DNA of 64,000 bases, from assembly GCF_009914755.1 (NCBI RefSeq), contig NC_060929.1; one strand, 5' to 3'. Under the pieces are notes generated by a model. That model was not told the origin of the DNA and made no database searches. It worked only from the letters and a program-made list of their open reading frames with translations. The stretch comes from the human T2T-CHM13v2.0 reference genome, Homo sapiens. Of this stretch, positions 26,794-41,330 are shown one piece after another; the first letter of the stretch is position 1; the number at the start of each line of letters is the position of its first letter. The position numbers were made by a program, and so were the translations under genes.

Positions 26794-29700
26794 CTAAAGA
26801 ACAGAATTATCATTGACTAACTTTTAAAAGACACACATGATGTTACACTTGTTTATGGATACTGTCATATTAATAAATGTAAAAGCATATGTATGAGAAC
26901 AATACACTTAACGTCAAGGCAGTGGTTACCTCTGGTGAGGTAGGGAGTGGGAAAAGTTGGATGCATAAGGCTTTAGTTGTAATATTTCCATTTTTAAAAT
27001 TCTGAAGCACATATGGCAGAATATTAATAGCTGTTAAGTCTAGGTAGCTGAATACACAGGTGTCTTGTTACTTTCTGAAACATTTCTATATGTTTGAAAT
27101 ATCTCATAACTGAAAATCTAAACTTTAAAAAGATCACTGAAAATCTACTCAAAAGTTGGGAGTGGGGGAGTCTTTTCTCCCCTTCATCCCTACCCTTCCC
27201 AAATTGTTCTCTCCCTTCCCTGTACTCCCATGGATCACTTATAAATATTTATAATATAATGTAATAGATGTTTCCCATGTATTTGGAAACTGTTTACTAA
27301 TCTTTGATTCTCCAGGATCCAGCAGGATGCCTAGCAGTTAGCAGGGGCTCAAAAAACGGTTTTGTGAACAAATATTTAAAAGTGACACTTTAAACAAATT
27401 AACTAACAGACTTCCTGGATATTGCCAATAGTGACACTGTAGCAAGTACTTTTAATGCAGATCATAATTTTTGTAATTATTTTCTCTATTACTTTGAAAT
27501 GATAACTTCTTTAAAATTTTGGTTAAAAAAACACTACGCAAGCAGAGTTAAAAATCAACATATTTTTAGTTCACTTAAGTGATCTATCTTAGTAAAGGAA
27601 TCTACTTTGGAGTTAACCAAATCAATGCTATTTCAGGTACATAATTTAAATATATGTAACATTTACATAATGATCATTATTGTGGCTAAACTGGAATTAG
27701 ATTATGCAGCTTTAAGTTAAATTATGTAAATTGTAAATTATTTCACCTTTCTAAAAATTATGTGAGAAAGGAAAAGCAGGTATTACTATAAATATTTCAA
27801 AGCCAAAGAGACTGATACAGAGAGGTTAGGTTACTTGCTCAAGATTACAAAGACATCAGATTGTGCTTTCAGGATCAAAACTCTGATCTTCTGCTGTTAA
27901 AGCAGGATTTGTCTACTCTGTTATATCCATGCAGCCACATACTACTAACATTCCTACATTAGCCATATATCTTACTCCTGCTTGAGAACTGTGAATACTC
28001 ATTAGGCCACTAAGCCTCAATTGTGATGACTAAGTTACATAACTCAAGAACTATTCTGTTCTTTATCAGGACCTAATTCTACCACCTTTCATTTAGGAAG
28101 AGGAGAGCCAATTGGATGAACCCTCCTTCAATGCAAATGTTTTACAAAGATTGGTCTATTTTCCTGCATAATCCATATCTAGTGGTTTATTATGAAGAAA
28201 ATATATATATATATATAAAATAAATTTTCCTAAAGCGTGAAATAACTGGCACACTTGCTGATATTTTGAAATTATATATTTCCGTTGTATATTACAAAGT
28301 TCACTGATAGTGACAAATAAAGTCAATTTACACTTTACTAGTTGAGAAGAGATTAATGTGCATCAAACACAACTATTAGAAGTTAATTTATATAATTAAA
28401 AATATAGTAAAATGATAACAGTGAAAAATTTTGTTATTTGCAATCTCATGGCTGGTCACATATTTGTAGTTTTTAAAACCTCCCCCTAGATAATGCTTAT
28501 ATACAGTGAAGGCTGAACATCAGGGCTGTGAAGCATGTTGGTCAATGATTCTCTAATGGTGACACTTCAGCTACTGTGATATTTAATTCTTCTACATCTT
28601 TGTGAGTTTCCTATTTAACTGCAAGTATTTATAGAAAGGGAGTATACCTTAAACCTCTGTTTTCCAAGTTGTGTTCCACAGAATTTAAAACATTTTCTGC
28701 TCCCTCCCACCAAAAAGAATCCCATAGTCAAATAAAAATCATCTTTTGCTTGGGCTCATGTTTTTCAAAGACATTTAACCCGAAACCTCTATCAAAGAAT
28801 CCAAAGCTTAAGGCTTAAACTCTGACTTAAGCTTTCAGCAGCTAACATCTGGAAAGACAGACAGCTGGTAATAAGGCCCTGGACTAGAAGGAAGCTGGTC
28901 CCCAGGCTCAAGGAGAAAAGACCTAAAAATGATCTTAACAGAACATCAGAAACATTTTACTACTTTTTTTAGTGGAAGTATGGGGGTGGAGAGGACGATA
29001 AAGGAGATGCAATTCTTGCCCTCAAAGAGTTTACAGTTTAGAAAAGAAAATAATCACAGATAAGTATTATGAAGTGAAGAATGCCTAACACAATCTTGGT
29101 AGCCAGAGAAAGGCAGAGGCACAGCAAGGTTACCAAGGATGGCATCCTGAGAGAGTAATGTCTGAGCTTAACCTCAAAAAAAAAAAAAAAAAAAAACAGG
29201 AATTGGATAGAGGAAGAAGAGCATTCAAATCAAAGGAGGCTACAAAAGTAGACACATAGACACTGAGAGATGCAAATTCAACCACCCTGAAATACCATCT
29301 TTCACCCACCAGGTTGGCAAAGACCCAACAATTTAATGAACTATGTATGGAAAAATAAGTCCCCTTATACAGGGCTGGTGAAAGTAAAAATCTGTATAAT
29401 CTCTAAGGGAAGCAATTTGGCCAAATCTGTTAAAACTTTATATGTACAAGGCTTTTGACTCAACAATTTCAACTTTAGGTATTTGTCTTAGAGCTTGATT
29501 TACATGCATATAAACACAAATGTTATTCATTTCAGAATGTGTTTAATAGCAGAAGATAAATTAGGACACAAAATAAAGTAACATACATACTATTTTTAAA
29601 AAGAATGGGAATGTTCTTTATGACAATCTCCACAAATGCTGTTAGGCTAAAAAAAAAGGCACATAATAGCTTAAATAGTATATTATCATTGAATAAAAAG

Positions 29701-32700
29701 AGATGAGGCAAAGAAAAAGAATATTTCACTGTGCTGATTTGTAGGTATAGGTTGCTTCTGGAAGAAAACACAAGAAATTGATAACAGTTACTTCCAGGGA
29801 CAAAACTGAATGACAAATGACAAGTAACAGAAAGACTTCTTTGTATAATATTTTGTATCTTTTATATTTTGAATCATTTTATGTGCTACTGATCCATAAA
29901 TTAAACTAAATCAGTACAACATCTAATGGAAATTAACACAGTTTGAAATTGCTAGAATATGAAATTTAAGACAAGAAGTGATCAGAAGTGAAGCTCAAGA
30001 GATAGCCAGTTCATGAAGGGACTTATCTGCCATTCTAAAGATCATGAACTTGAGCCCACAACTGTGTTTCTCAGTTTAACTGGGGACCACATGCCAACCA
30101 GGGATAAAACACATCCCTGGAATTCAGCCGGAGTCATTAATTTCAGGTGTGTGCTTCATAAAACCAAAGTCTGGGAATTCTCCACAAACTGAGTCAGAGT
30201 CTTGCGGGGCTAAGGTTCAGGTGTCTGCATTTTAACAAGTACTCTTGGTGACTAAAGGGTACAGGGAGCTTCTGTGGAGTTCCAAGCAAAAGAGAGAAAG
30301 GGCCAGATGTTCACTTTAGATAGACACTCTGGTAACTGTGTCTAGAAGATTTGAGAGGAGCAAGGATTCAGTTAGAAAGCTCTGGCAGTACTCCAAATCA
30401 TGCTCTTTAATTTGATTAACAATCATATTGTATGTAATATACTTATTGCATACAATGTAGCAAAAGTATACCACCTGACAAAAGTATACCATGATACGCT
30501 TATTGCATACCCTGTGGCAAAAGTATTATCTGCCCAAGTGCTACAACCTAAGCCACAAAATCTTCAGAAAACAAAAGGGAAATCCAAGGTGCTACACCTT
30601 CCAAGTCATCTAGTTTAATCCAATAACACGGCAGACTGTTAAATGAAATTATTCTATCCCATTATGAATTTTAAAAAACAAAACTAAAAATAGGAACCAG
30701 TAAAAGGGTTGCCGAGTTGTGAGACCTGGAATGATGGAGAGGAGGGCAGAAACTGCTGACTTCTTATTTGTTCTACATTAAAATTTTTTTTCCTTATTCA
30801 GTTCCCCATCCCTGGTGACAGGTGAAAAAGAGCTTTAAATAAAACCTTTTTTTGACCAATGAGGTATGTTTCTGGTGTCAAAATCCTTTCCAAGTCAGTT
30901 TTGTTTCATCTAGAGTTCTAATTTGTGTCAAGGACCCTGTTAATAGCAATTGCACATTTGCCAACAGCTACATCTCTTAATGATGCAAGTAAATTGTAAT
31001 AATAGTTTTACTGGCCTTTGAAAGGTCATGAGACAGTAGAGGTAAAATGTTTGACCAGAAATCTGATATCACAAAATAAGTCACTGGTCAATCAATGGGG
31101 AAAAAGACAAGATTTTAAAATAAAGCAATGTAACCAATATGAAACGGTAAATAAAAGTCAAAACTTTGACTAGCTTGAAGGTTGTAAACCTATTCTGTGC
31201 ATGCCTTATCAACTAAAAAATATTTCCTGTAATTGTTTACATTTCTACAAAGTTAGAAAATCATCAGCCTTCAGGGTATAAAATTATACTGGCACTCTAT
31301 CCTTCATCTTCCATTTGCATTTTAACAAATAGCCTAAAACAGACCTGTTTTACATCAAAAAACCACCACCACGACAACAAAAGAGAATGCTTTGACAAAA
31401 AACCAAGTTACCATGACACTATAGACACAGCAGCCATGGTGAGACTCAAGCACTTGGCCACTTTCTTTTATATCCATCCAATTCACATGATTCACATAAC
31501 TTAGTATTTTCTACCCCAGCAATATAACAAATAATACTTATCATCTTATCACTCCTATTACAGAATCCCATTTTAGGACAGCTTCACACAGCCCAGTATT
31601 CTTTGGCCTGTTAATAATCTCTCATCTGGTCTACAACTAATGCTATTGCATTCTGAGTATGGGCCTTTATATAAACTATAACACAAATTCAAATCAGTAA
31701 GGAACTTATCCAATAAAACTGTAATGACAACACCACCAACAAAAACTATTCCACTGCCTGGCAATTACAAAACTGTGTATTCTACAGCCCACGAGTTTTA
31801 CTTCAAAGCTGGCTTATCCCAAACAGCATTACCTAGCAATAGACAAATATTTACCTATTAGAGATTTCTCCACTCAGAACGGGTACACTTAGGTAGTTTG
31901 ACTTTTTAAGACTTATTGATTTTCCCTACATTTTAAAAGTTTTTTTATTAAGTGGTAATCTAGTTCAGAGGTCCAAGAGTTAATCCTAACTGAGATGCCA
32001 CCCATTTTCTTGAGGCCTTGAAAACGTTATCCACAGTTTCAAAATGCCAGTACTGTAAAGGGCCTTGGAGGCTATCTGGTACTACCTCTGCAATTCACAT
32101 ACTGAATTAGGTGAAGCACTTTGAAAACTGACACTACTATACAAAAAGTATCATTTCCACCTATGAGGCCCAGAGAAGAACACACATAGGAAGTTAACCA
32201 CACAGAACCAGGGCCTAGAACTGAGCTCTTCACTCTTAATCCCACACTCTGAACATGCCAAGTGAGCTATTTTAAATTGTTGTGGGAAGCTTCGATAAAA
32301 CTGTATGCACATATTTATGCATACATGGCATTTGACAAATCCTACAAGCTAGACTTTGCAAAATTAGTACAACCCAAAGGGCACACCACTTTCCCCAAAT
32401 AGTAACACTGTGCTTTCTTAGAACATTACTAGTCCCTATCTCACCTCTAGTTTCACTCCCTAATACAAACTCAACTACTCTAACCTCCTGTTCAAACCCT
32501 TTATTCTTTAAATGATGCAAGTGTATTCTATAAACAGTCATTTTCAAACACTTAGGAAAAAGAAAACAAATCTACACATCTAGACTCCCATCAGGTGAAT
32601 GCAGGAGCCCTCTTCAGTAAACCCAACAAAGAAGCAGGATGTTTAATGTTGACAACAGATTCAGCACTTAAGCAAAGATGATTTACAATTTCATTTTGAT

Positions 32701-33807
32701 GCCTCTACAAAATAACTTCGCTAAGATCACACGATACCAGAAGTTTCCAACAGGTTGTCTAGTCTTGCACAGAATTAAACTAAATCAGTTATGTGCAATT
32801 AATTCCAAAACCTTTTGGTGCACAGTGCCAACAATTAAGAGATTTCCAATATATTTTTCTGGACATACTGCTCATGGTAGCACCGGGCACTCTCCTTTTC
32901 CTAAAGTTGGTGGATGGTGGTATGGGATCAGAAACTGTTTTTAAAGTTGGTGGGGGGGGATGACAACAGGAAGATTCAAACTCTGGTTTTTCCCTTGGAT
33001 TTGTATCTTTGCAGATATATTAATAAACATATCAAATATGGTATATTGTGGAGATACTGCTGCACAAGAGTCGCAGGCTTTTTTATTTCACACACTACCC
33101 AGTATACCAGCCCCTTGTCCTGACATTTCTCCTTAATAACGTACATATACAAGTCAAATTTTCTCCCTTTTCCTTCTTAGCACCAAAGACCTGTGCTTTT
33201 AAAACAAGCTCGTAGTGTCCAACGACCACGTTCCAGCAAGGAAAAGGCTCACGCTGAAGGACTTTCCGGAGTGCCCTAGGCCTCGCAGTCCTGCAGAGTA
33301 AAAGGGGGTGTGTCCGCGGTTGTTTCGGCCCTTTTCCCCCGGCAGCCCTCAGCGGCGCCCTGGGCCCCCTTTCTCGCGGCGGCCAGGGGAGCTGTTCGCA
33401 GGGCGTCCAGACCTCAGGCCACTGGCTCACTTTCTTGGAGTGGGTCCCAACCAGGGAACGAGGGCGGGGGCGGCGAGGGCACCAACGAATCCTCAAACCC
33501 CTCACTCTGAGGCCACTCGGCAGCCCCTCTTCGCCCTCCCCGCGGCGCCCCTGCCTCCTAAGTCCCTGCATGAACCACTGTCCCTCTCTCTCCCCCTCTC
33601 CCCGGCCCTGCCTCTCCCTCGCACACACGCCCAAAGGCAAAGGAGGCCCAGGGAGAAGCCAGAGGACCTGGGGGCCGCGAGAGAGGCAGGACCGGCATCT
33701 GCGGTGCCCTGGGAAGAGTCGTCCCGAGAGGTCCCCCCGAGGGGGCGCAGCCGCCACCAGAGCCCCGGCCGAGCCCGGGAGCGAAGCGGGGCCGAGCCAG
33801 GACCCAC

Positions 33808-34107
33808 CAGCTGCTTCAGGTCCTCCTCCGAGAGCTCCGCGTAACGGTACCGCTGCTGCTCGAACTCGTACCGGGTGGTTTTGGCCACCACCACCACCCG
33901 GGAGGGGCGGAAGCCGCCGTCCGCGCGGCTGCCACAGCCCGCCAGCTCGCGCGGCTGCCCCTGCCCCAGGTGCCGCCGGCCGCCACCGTCACCGCCCAGC
34001 CGGGGCCGCGCGGCGGGGCCTCCCGCACCCGGTCCCCGCAGCGCCGCCGCCCGGCCGCCCGCCACGCGACAACAGCTGCCCAGCAAGAAGCCTCGGTAGC
34101 AAGTCAT
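33808..34107 (-). CDS. NADK2: NADK2 coding exon 1 (aa 1-100; Arg/Gly-rich mitochondrial targeting region, then start of the kinase domain)
   Basis: ATG at 34107-34105 opens MTCYRGFLLGSCCRVAGGRAAAL...VVVVAKTTRYEFEQQRYRYAELSEEDLKQL, recognised as the NADK2 N-terminus; donor CTG|GTGGGT at 33808/33807; 300 nt, phase 0. Confidence 0.97.
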
Positions 34108-34404
34108 CGTGGGCCGGGCCGCGGCCGCAGGCTTGGGCTCGGGCCCCTTGCCTCAGCTCCCTACCGCCGGGAGTGCGCGCCGTCCGCGCCGCCCCGGCCT
34201 CTAACTTCGCGCCGGACGGGCAGAGGTTAAGTGCCAGGACGTGCGTGGCCCACGCGGCTAGGGGGACGTACCCAGGCGTTGACGAAGGCGGGGAAAGCGT
34301 GGCGATTGGGAAACGGGAGACCCCACGCGGGAGAAAGGTGGGCGGGGAAGAAATGGAGGCCCCAGCTAGTGGGTTTTGTTTGTTTGTTTATTCGTTTCAC
34401 TCAC

Positions 34405-34590
34405 GCCTGCATAATGGCTGCTTCGCCGCCCGGGGGCGACCTCCCCGCACCACACGCTTCCCCGAGGTCGCTCTTCTCCCGCCCCCAGGCTAACTCTATC
34501 GGCCAATCAGAGCCCGCGGCGGCTCCGGATCCGAGGGGCCGCGCCATTGGCTGCGGCCTGAGAAAGAGGTAGAATTCTGTTAGGCGATTG
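34405..34590 (-). other. NADK2: Putative alternative upstream non-coding first exon of NADK2 (5' boundary approximate)
   Basis: Strong donor GGC|GTGAGT at 34405/34404 inside the promoter island; a shorter N-terminally truncated isoform is recalled for this gene. Confidence 0.55.
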
Positions 34591-37247
34591 CGTCGCCCTG
34601 AGGAATCCAGCTGGATCCGGTCTGAGGCGGCGCGGGGCCAGCGGGTGGGGTTTTGAGCGGCTGGCGGGAAGGCAGGTTCCTGGCATATGCTCGCTTGGGT
34701 TCTGTTCTGACCACGTGCCCATTGGTTTATTTGACCAGGGTCGGTGTGATAGCTGGTGTGTCTGGGGCCGGGCTGGGGGCTGAGGAGGCGGACCCGGCTC
34801 CTGCTGCACCGTGTGCGTGGCTTGGCACGAAATCCTCTCGGCGTGGGACCCAGTGCCCGCCCCGCTGCCCCCTGCCCCCCCGAAGAGCCCTACCTATAGG
34901 ACAAAGTCCAAATGAATTAGTTCTTTGAAAGCTTTTAACTGGAAAGGAGTGAGTTAAAGCAATGTTTGATGACTATTGATCTGGCTTTGGAATCTTGGGT
35001 AGCTTGGGAGGCAAGAAGAGGAGGAAGGGATGCTGTTGGGATAATGACCCGTGGAGTGATCAGGACCTGGGCTGGGGTGTGACGAGAACAGAAGGAAACG
35101 TCCCATTGTAAGGGGAGAACCACATGGCAGTGCACATCCTGCTGTTCAATTCCGCAGCTCCTTAGATCCCCTTCCCCTGGCACTGTGTTTGCTCCTTTGT
35201 AGTCCTGGCGCTACGTCGCTTCTGGACTTTGGGCAGGTTACCTCATCTTTCTGGGCCTCAGATTCCTCATCTGTAAAAAGGGGGTTAGGGTGACCCCAAG
35301 GTTCTACCAAGTCCAAATCGATTCAGTGAATCTATGACTCTCCTCACGGGCCCACCAGCACCAGCGTTCATTCGTGGGTTCCCGCGGTGTGCCTGCTGTG
35401 TGCCAGGTAGTGTATTGGACTGGGAGCATACACAATGAAGCCCGATAGGTGTTTACTTGGTAAAGTTCTACCACTGACCCGTTCTCACCAAGAACTTTCC
35501 CTCACAGCAGCTGCTAATAGTGACGTGTAGTGTAACAACCTTAATAACCTGAGCTTCTAGAGGTAACATCTATAACTATCCTCAGACTCCTTTGTAGTCT
35601 TACTATTTTAAACTTCATTAGCATTAGGAAGGAAAAAAAAAAAGGGAGAAATCACAGATGACGCTTAGGTTTGAGGCCAGGGTGAACAGGGGAATGTTAA
35701 TTGACCCATTCGATAGAGAAAAAAAAATGCGTAGGGAGAAACTGTTTGGGATCAAAGTCTGAGTTTTGTTGCTCATATTTGAAATCTCGGACCTCATTTC
35801 TTCCCATTTCACAGATAAAAACCCAGATTTTTGACTCTCATTTCAGCTGCAAACATATACATTGACATCTCAGTTGGAATAGCCCTTTGTCCATAGTTAT
35901 TTTGCGTCTCATCTTCCACCTCCTCAAAAATAGTGTTTCTGAAGGCATCCTCTCACAGGTATCTTGAATTTTCCCTCCCAAATGAGCTTGCCTCTTCAGT
36001 ATTTAAATATGCTCATGTCTATGACATCTTTAAAATTTTTCTAAAAAAACAAAACAACCTCTAAGCCTTTGTTTTTACATATTGCCTGCCTTACCTTTAC
36101 AGCTGATTCTCGAAAGAGTAGTCTGTTCATCATTGCCACATCCCTGCCTCCTAGTCATTCCTCAACCTGTTGTACACTAGCTTCTCCCCACTACTTTGCT
36201 AATTACTGCTGTTTCCAAGGTGACCAAAAGATCTTGTTGGAACTCAAAAGACTTTTTTCAGTTCTTTAATTGATTGATCTTTCCAAAGAATTTGAAATGG
36301 TTATCATTTCTTCTTGAAATCTTTTACTGTCTCCCAACATACCAGTCCCTAACAGTGTTTCTCCCATCTCTATGTCCCTTTTTGACTTCTTCCTAAACCC
36401 ATCTCCAAGATGTCTTCTGTCCTCGTCTCCTTGTCTCTTCTTCTCCGTCTTTTTTCCTTCTCTCTCTCTCTCTCTGTCACACACACACGCTCCTGAGTTC
36501 ATTCAGTGTTGTGTAATGGAAGGATCTTGGTTCAAATCTCAGTTTTATTGTTTATTAGCTTTGTGAAACTTGAACTGGTTGTTTAACCTTCCTGAGACTA
36601 CTTCTGCATTTATAAAATATAATTGCTACCTTGTAAAATTGTGAATATATGCACAGATGCTTAGCACTGTGCCCATTACACAGTAGACACTTGGCAAATA
36701 TTAGCCCCTTTCATGACCTCAGCTATTACTGGCATCTTTAGCCCAGATCTTTCTCTTGAATTTCCAATCCTTATCTAGTTTCCTTTTAGATAATGTCTCT
36801 TAAATCTTACACATGTAACACACATTCGTGGAGATTAAATTAAATTTGAGTGTCACTGTAGGCCAGGCATCCTGCTAGGTGCTACAGATGAAATGATAAA
36901 AAGCTTCCATGCCCTTGAGGAGCCTAAAGTCTATGCAGTGATAGAGTTATACACAGAATGCTGAGAAATTTGGAGGAGCAAGTCTCAAGTCAACCTAACA
37001 AGAGTTAGAGAAGGCTTTTTGGGAATGTGAAGAGCTAAGCCTTAAGTAATGAATTCAATATTAGCCATTATCAGCAAGAATGAGAAGGAAATTCCACAGA
37101 AGAAACACCATGAACAAATGCATAGAAGCAATGAACTAGCAATTTTGAAATTTTAGAGAATTTAGAGAGAGGCAGGCAACATGGGGAAGTGAGGCTAGAG
37201 AGGTAGACAAGGGTAAAGACAATGGAAAATGTTAAATCCATGCTTAG

Positions 37248-37622
<375 letters not shown>

Positions 37623-37872
37623 CGTGAGCAGGAACTTTTTAGAAGAAACACAAACAGTGAATAAATACCTGAAAAGATAACCTTATTGGAAATTAGAGAA
37701 ATACAAATAATGTCATTGTGAAATAATATTTTATATCCACTAGATTGGTAGAAATTAAGAAATCTTGGTAACACTCTGTTAGAAAACTTATCCATATCAA
37801 GTCTTGATTAGGCTAAACATTAGCTAATCATTTCAATAATTCTTCCTTCCAGTGCCATAGTTTACAAATATC

Positions 37873-38460
37873 TTTTTTTTTTTTTTTTCCTGAGACAGGG
37901 TCTTACTCTATCCCCTAGGCTGGAGTGCAGTGGCACTGCACTGCATGGCTCACACAGCTGCAACCTCCCAGGCTCAGGCAATCCTCCTACCTCAGCCTCC
38001 CAGGTAGCTGGGATTACAGATGCGTGTCACCATGCCCTGCTAATTTTTTTTTTTTTTTTGAGATGGAGTCTCGCTCTGTCACCCTGGCTGGAGTGCAGTG
38101 GCACCACCTCGACTTACTGCAACCTCCGCCTCCCGGTTTAAGCAATTCTCGCCTCAGCCTCTCGAGTAGCTGGGATTACAGGTGCATGCCACAACGCCTG
38201 GCTAATTTTTGTATATTTAGTAGAGACGGGGTTTCACCATCCTGGCCAGGCTGGTCCTGAGAACTCCTGACCTCATGATCCGCCTGCCTCGGCCTCCCAA
38301 AGTGCTGGGATTACAGGCGTGAGCCACCACGCCCAGCCACCCTGCTAATTTTTAGAAATTTTTGTAGAAATGGGGTGTTGTGCAATGTTCCCCGGGCTGG
38401 TCCTGAACTCCTGGGCTCAGGCAATCCGCCGACCTCACCCTCCCAAACAAAACTGCTGGC
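37873..38460 (-). mobile_element. AluS (about 38043-38338) nested in the linker of an older AluJ
   Basis: AluJ arms are separated by a complete Alu; ccctgctaattttt occurs on both sides. Confidence 0.88.
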
Positions 38461-38765
38461 ATTCATGGATTTTTGAGTTTTAAACTCAGACTCCATCTAT
38501 GGTGAGGCTGGTGTGCTTTTCTAGTAAATGAGTCTAGCCAACCATGTGATAGCCATATCTCAAGCAAGCTTAACTGTTCTCAACATTTTATGGGGAAAAT
38601 TATATATCACTGTGGTATTCACAACTTGAAGATTTACAGAGGTTTTAAAATATATCCTTCCCAACCCCCAGAACCCTTCCCACCCCCACTTCATGTTCAT
38701 TCTGACTCTATGAAAGACATATATACCTCTTTTTATGACATTCAAATACTCTAAGACCTGTATAG

Positions 38766-39150
38766 CAGGGGTCCACCACCCCCGAGCTGTGGACCAGTAT
38801 CGGTCCCTGGCCTATTAGGAACCGGGCCACACAGCAGGAGAGGAGCGGCAGGCAAGGGGGTGAAGCTTCATCTGTATTTACAGTTGCTTCCCATAATTTG
38901 CGTTACTGCCTGAGCTCTGCCTGCTGTCAGATCAGAGGCAGCATTAGATTCTCATAGGATGCAAACACTACTGTAAACTGCTCATGCAAGGCACCTAGGT
39001 TGCACGCTCCGTATGAGACTCTAATGCCTGATGATCTGAGGTGGAACAGCTTCATCCCAAAACCACCCCCACCCTACCCACCCCCTAGCCTGTGGAAAAA
39101 TTGTCTTCCACAAAACCAGTCCCTGGTGCCAAAAAGGTTGGTTACCACTG
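38766..39150 (+). mobile_element. MER1-family hAT-Charlie MITE
   Basis: caggggtcc...ccctggtgccaaaaaggttggttaccactg with a perfect 8-bp TSD ctgtatag (38758-38765, 39151-39158). Confidence 0.92.
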
Positions 39151-39236
39151 CTGTATAGGATGTATTCTCCTGGCGAAAAAGCGTTCCTTGTTTTGGCAGT
39201 AATGGATGGAAAATAATATTTTTTAAGAGAGAACAT

Positions 39237-39242
39237 TTTATT
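39237..39242 (-). terminator. Candidate distal poly(A) signal of RANBP3L
   Basis: AATAAA on -, about 2.7 kb after the stop, just before the repeat-dense intergenic block. Confidence 0.45.
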
Positions 39243-39906
39243 TGTCTATAATTAGGGTAAACAGTTGGGTAAAATCTTACTAAAAGAAAGTTAAGGTTGT
39301 CTTAACACAAGATATATAATGACATAAATTAGTTAATTAAATTTTAATTAAAAACAGCTGCTTTGGAAATCCAACATGTATACTTCAAAATAATTTACCT
39401 AAATAACTTATGAAAATGGATGTTATTGTACAACTCATCTCTCCTTATAAAAGGAGAACAAAGGACATAGGAAAGCTGAAAAGAAGGCTAGATGAAGATA
39501 CAGGACAAGGAAAAACTATAAAATGTTTCTACTATTCCTCCAAAATTGTACTAAATATTTGTGTAAGAATTCTAAGAAAGAATAATGGAGTGTATAGAAA
39601 ATGGGTTGAAAGAGTTGTGAGCTAAATATCATGTTTCTGTTCTTCTTCTCCATTTCATAATCTGGGAATTTTCTCTTCTCTCTTTGCCTTGCTGATATTC
39701 TAACCCTACATTTGGTTTTGTTGCACTGGCATTTCTATATAGATGAGAAATTAAGATAGTTAATTTTTTCCATTGATATATGCGGAGAAATCTAAAGAAA
39801 ATCATAGAATGAATTCAACTTAAAATGTTTCAAGCATTGAGAAGATAATTGCTTTATCTCTACCTTAGTGTGGGGACGAGGATGAACATGTCAAAAAGAT
39901 AAAGAT

Positions 39907-40214
<308 letters not shown>

Positions 40215-41320
40215 ATGAAGTTATTTGTTCTCTTCTTCACTTTAGCAATTTATAGTGCAATCACAATGTTCCCACATCAGCTGAGATCTTAACAATAAAA
40301 GAGAACCAGTGCTTTATTATCTTCTCCAAATATCTCTCTGTGTTATGTTTCTAATGAAAATTTTCTGCTGAGTGTGTTCCGCATCAGAGTCACTCTTCTT
40401 GATTTTAAAAAAGAGTATTTCTGTTGTCCATTCTTTTTGTCCTTTCTTTCGTACTAAATCTCTTTTTCCCCTTCTATCTTTTCTTCATCTCTCTCACATT
40501 TACTTTATTTTTCCTCTTTATTTTCTGAGTCATTGACTCCTTTATTTAGAAGTAAAGGATATTATGTGCCATATTTCTTCTAGAATCACTGGAAGAATGA
40601 ATGGGCCTCTCTTAGTAGTTATATTAAGTTATGCTTTCTCAGTTATAAGGAAGGACAAAATGTTGAACAATTGTCATAATCATAATCTGAAAGACTTAAT
40701 TTAAATTTCATATGCTAAACTTTCAGGCGGTAGCTGAAGTTTGACTTAATAAATACTTATATATTTTTATTATTTTATAACAGGTATGGTAACACAGTAA
40801 TATAACTTTTGAAAATGTGTGTTTGCATATCCAAACGAATATTGTTCTTCGAAGCATCACTTAGTGAAATTACGCCCTCATTCCAAATATGTTGTCATTG
40901 TTCAGAACATTTTCAGAAACATCTTGGAATTATGAATTTTTATCCCCTAATCAGAGAATTGCTTAGGGGTCACAATCAAAGTCACTTCGAAGCCATGGTG
41001 TGATAAAACTGAATTGAAAAATGAAATAGGGCTATAAGTACTGAGACTAATTTTCTTGTGTGATTCATGAGGTGTCTCTGAAACAAATCGCAAAGAAGAG
41101 GATCAAAACTCTATTGTAAAATTGTTGAAATTACTGTAGCCTACTATAATAATATCATTTAAGAAAAAGATTCATTTGGCTACATATGATACATTTGTTT
41201 TTCTATACAGCCCCATCTACTAAAATACTAATGAAAATATAATTACATAAATAAAGTAGAACAGTTAACATATTTGGCTTTCTTACACATGCTTTTTGAT
41301 ACATAGGTAATGTATTATAT

Positions 41321-41330
41321 TTTATTTATT
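41321..41330 (-). terminator. Candidate proximal poly(A) signal of RANBP3L (overlapping AATAAA)
   Basis: tttatttatt on + reads AATAAATAAA on -, about 630 nt after the stop; the AT-rich context makes chance hits common. Confidence 0.5.

Larger units (their letters stand above)
33260..34890. promoter_or_regulatory. NADK2: CpG island / NADK2 promoter
   Basis: Abrupt GC- and CpG-rich block in an AT-rich background, spanning exon 1; CCAAT boxes at 34503-34507 (+) and 34546-34550 (-); GC box near 34478-34486; no clear TATA box. Confidence 0.93.

Noticed and set aside
33502-33807. Continuation of the NADK2 exon 1 ORF to 201 aa
   Set aside because: Read-through past the donor into GC-rich intron 1
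33095-34928. Many long overlapping ORFs, including 33435..34493 (352 aa) and 33095..33757 (220 aa)
   Set aside because: Stop-codon depletion in a CpG island; low-complexity Arg/Pro/Gly products; only the NADK2 exon 1 frame is supported by a known protein and a splice site
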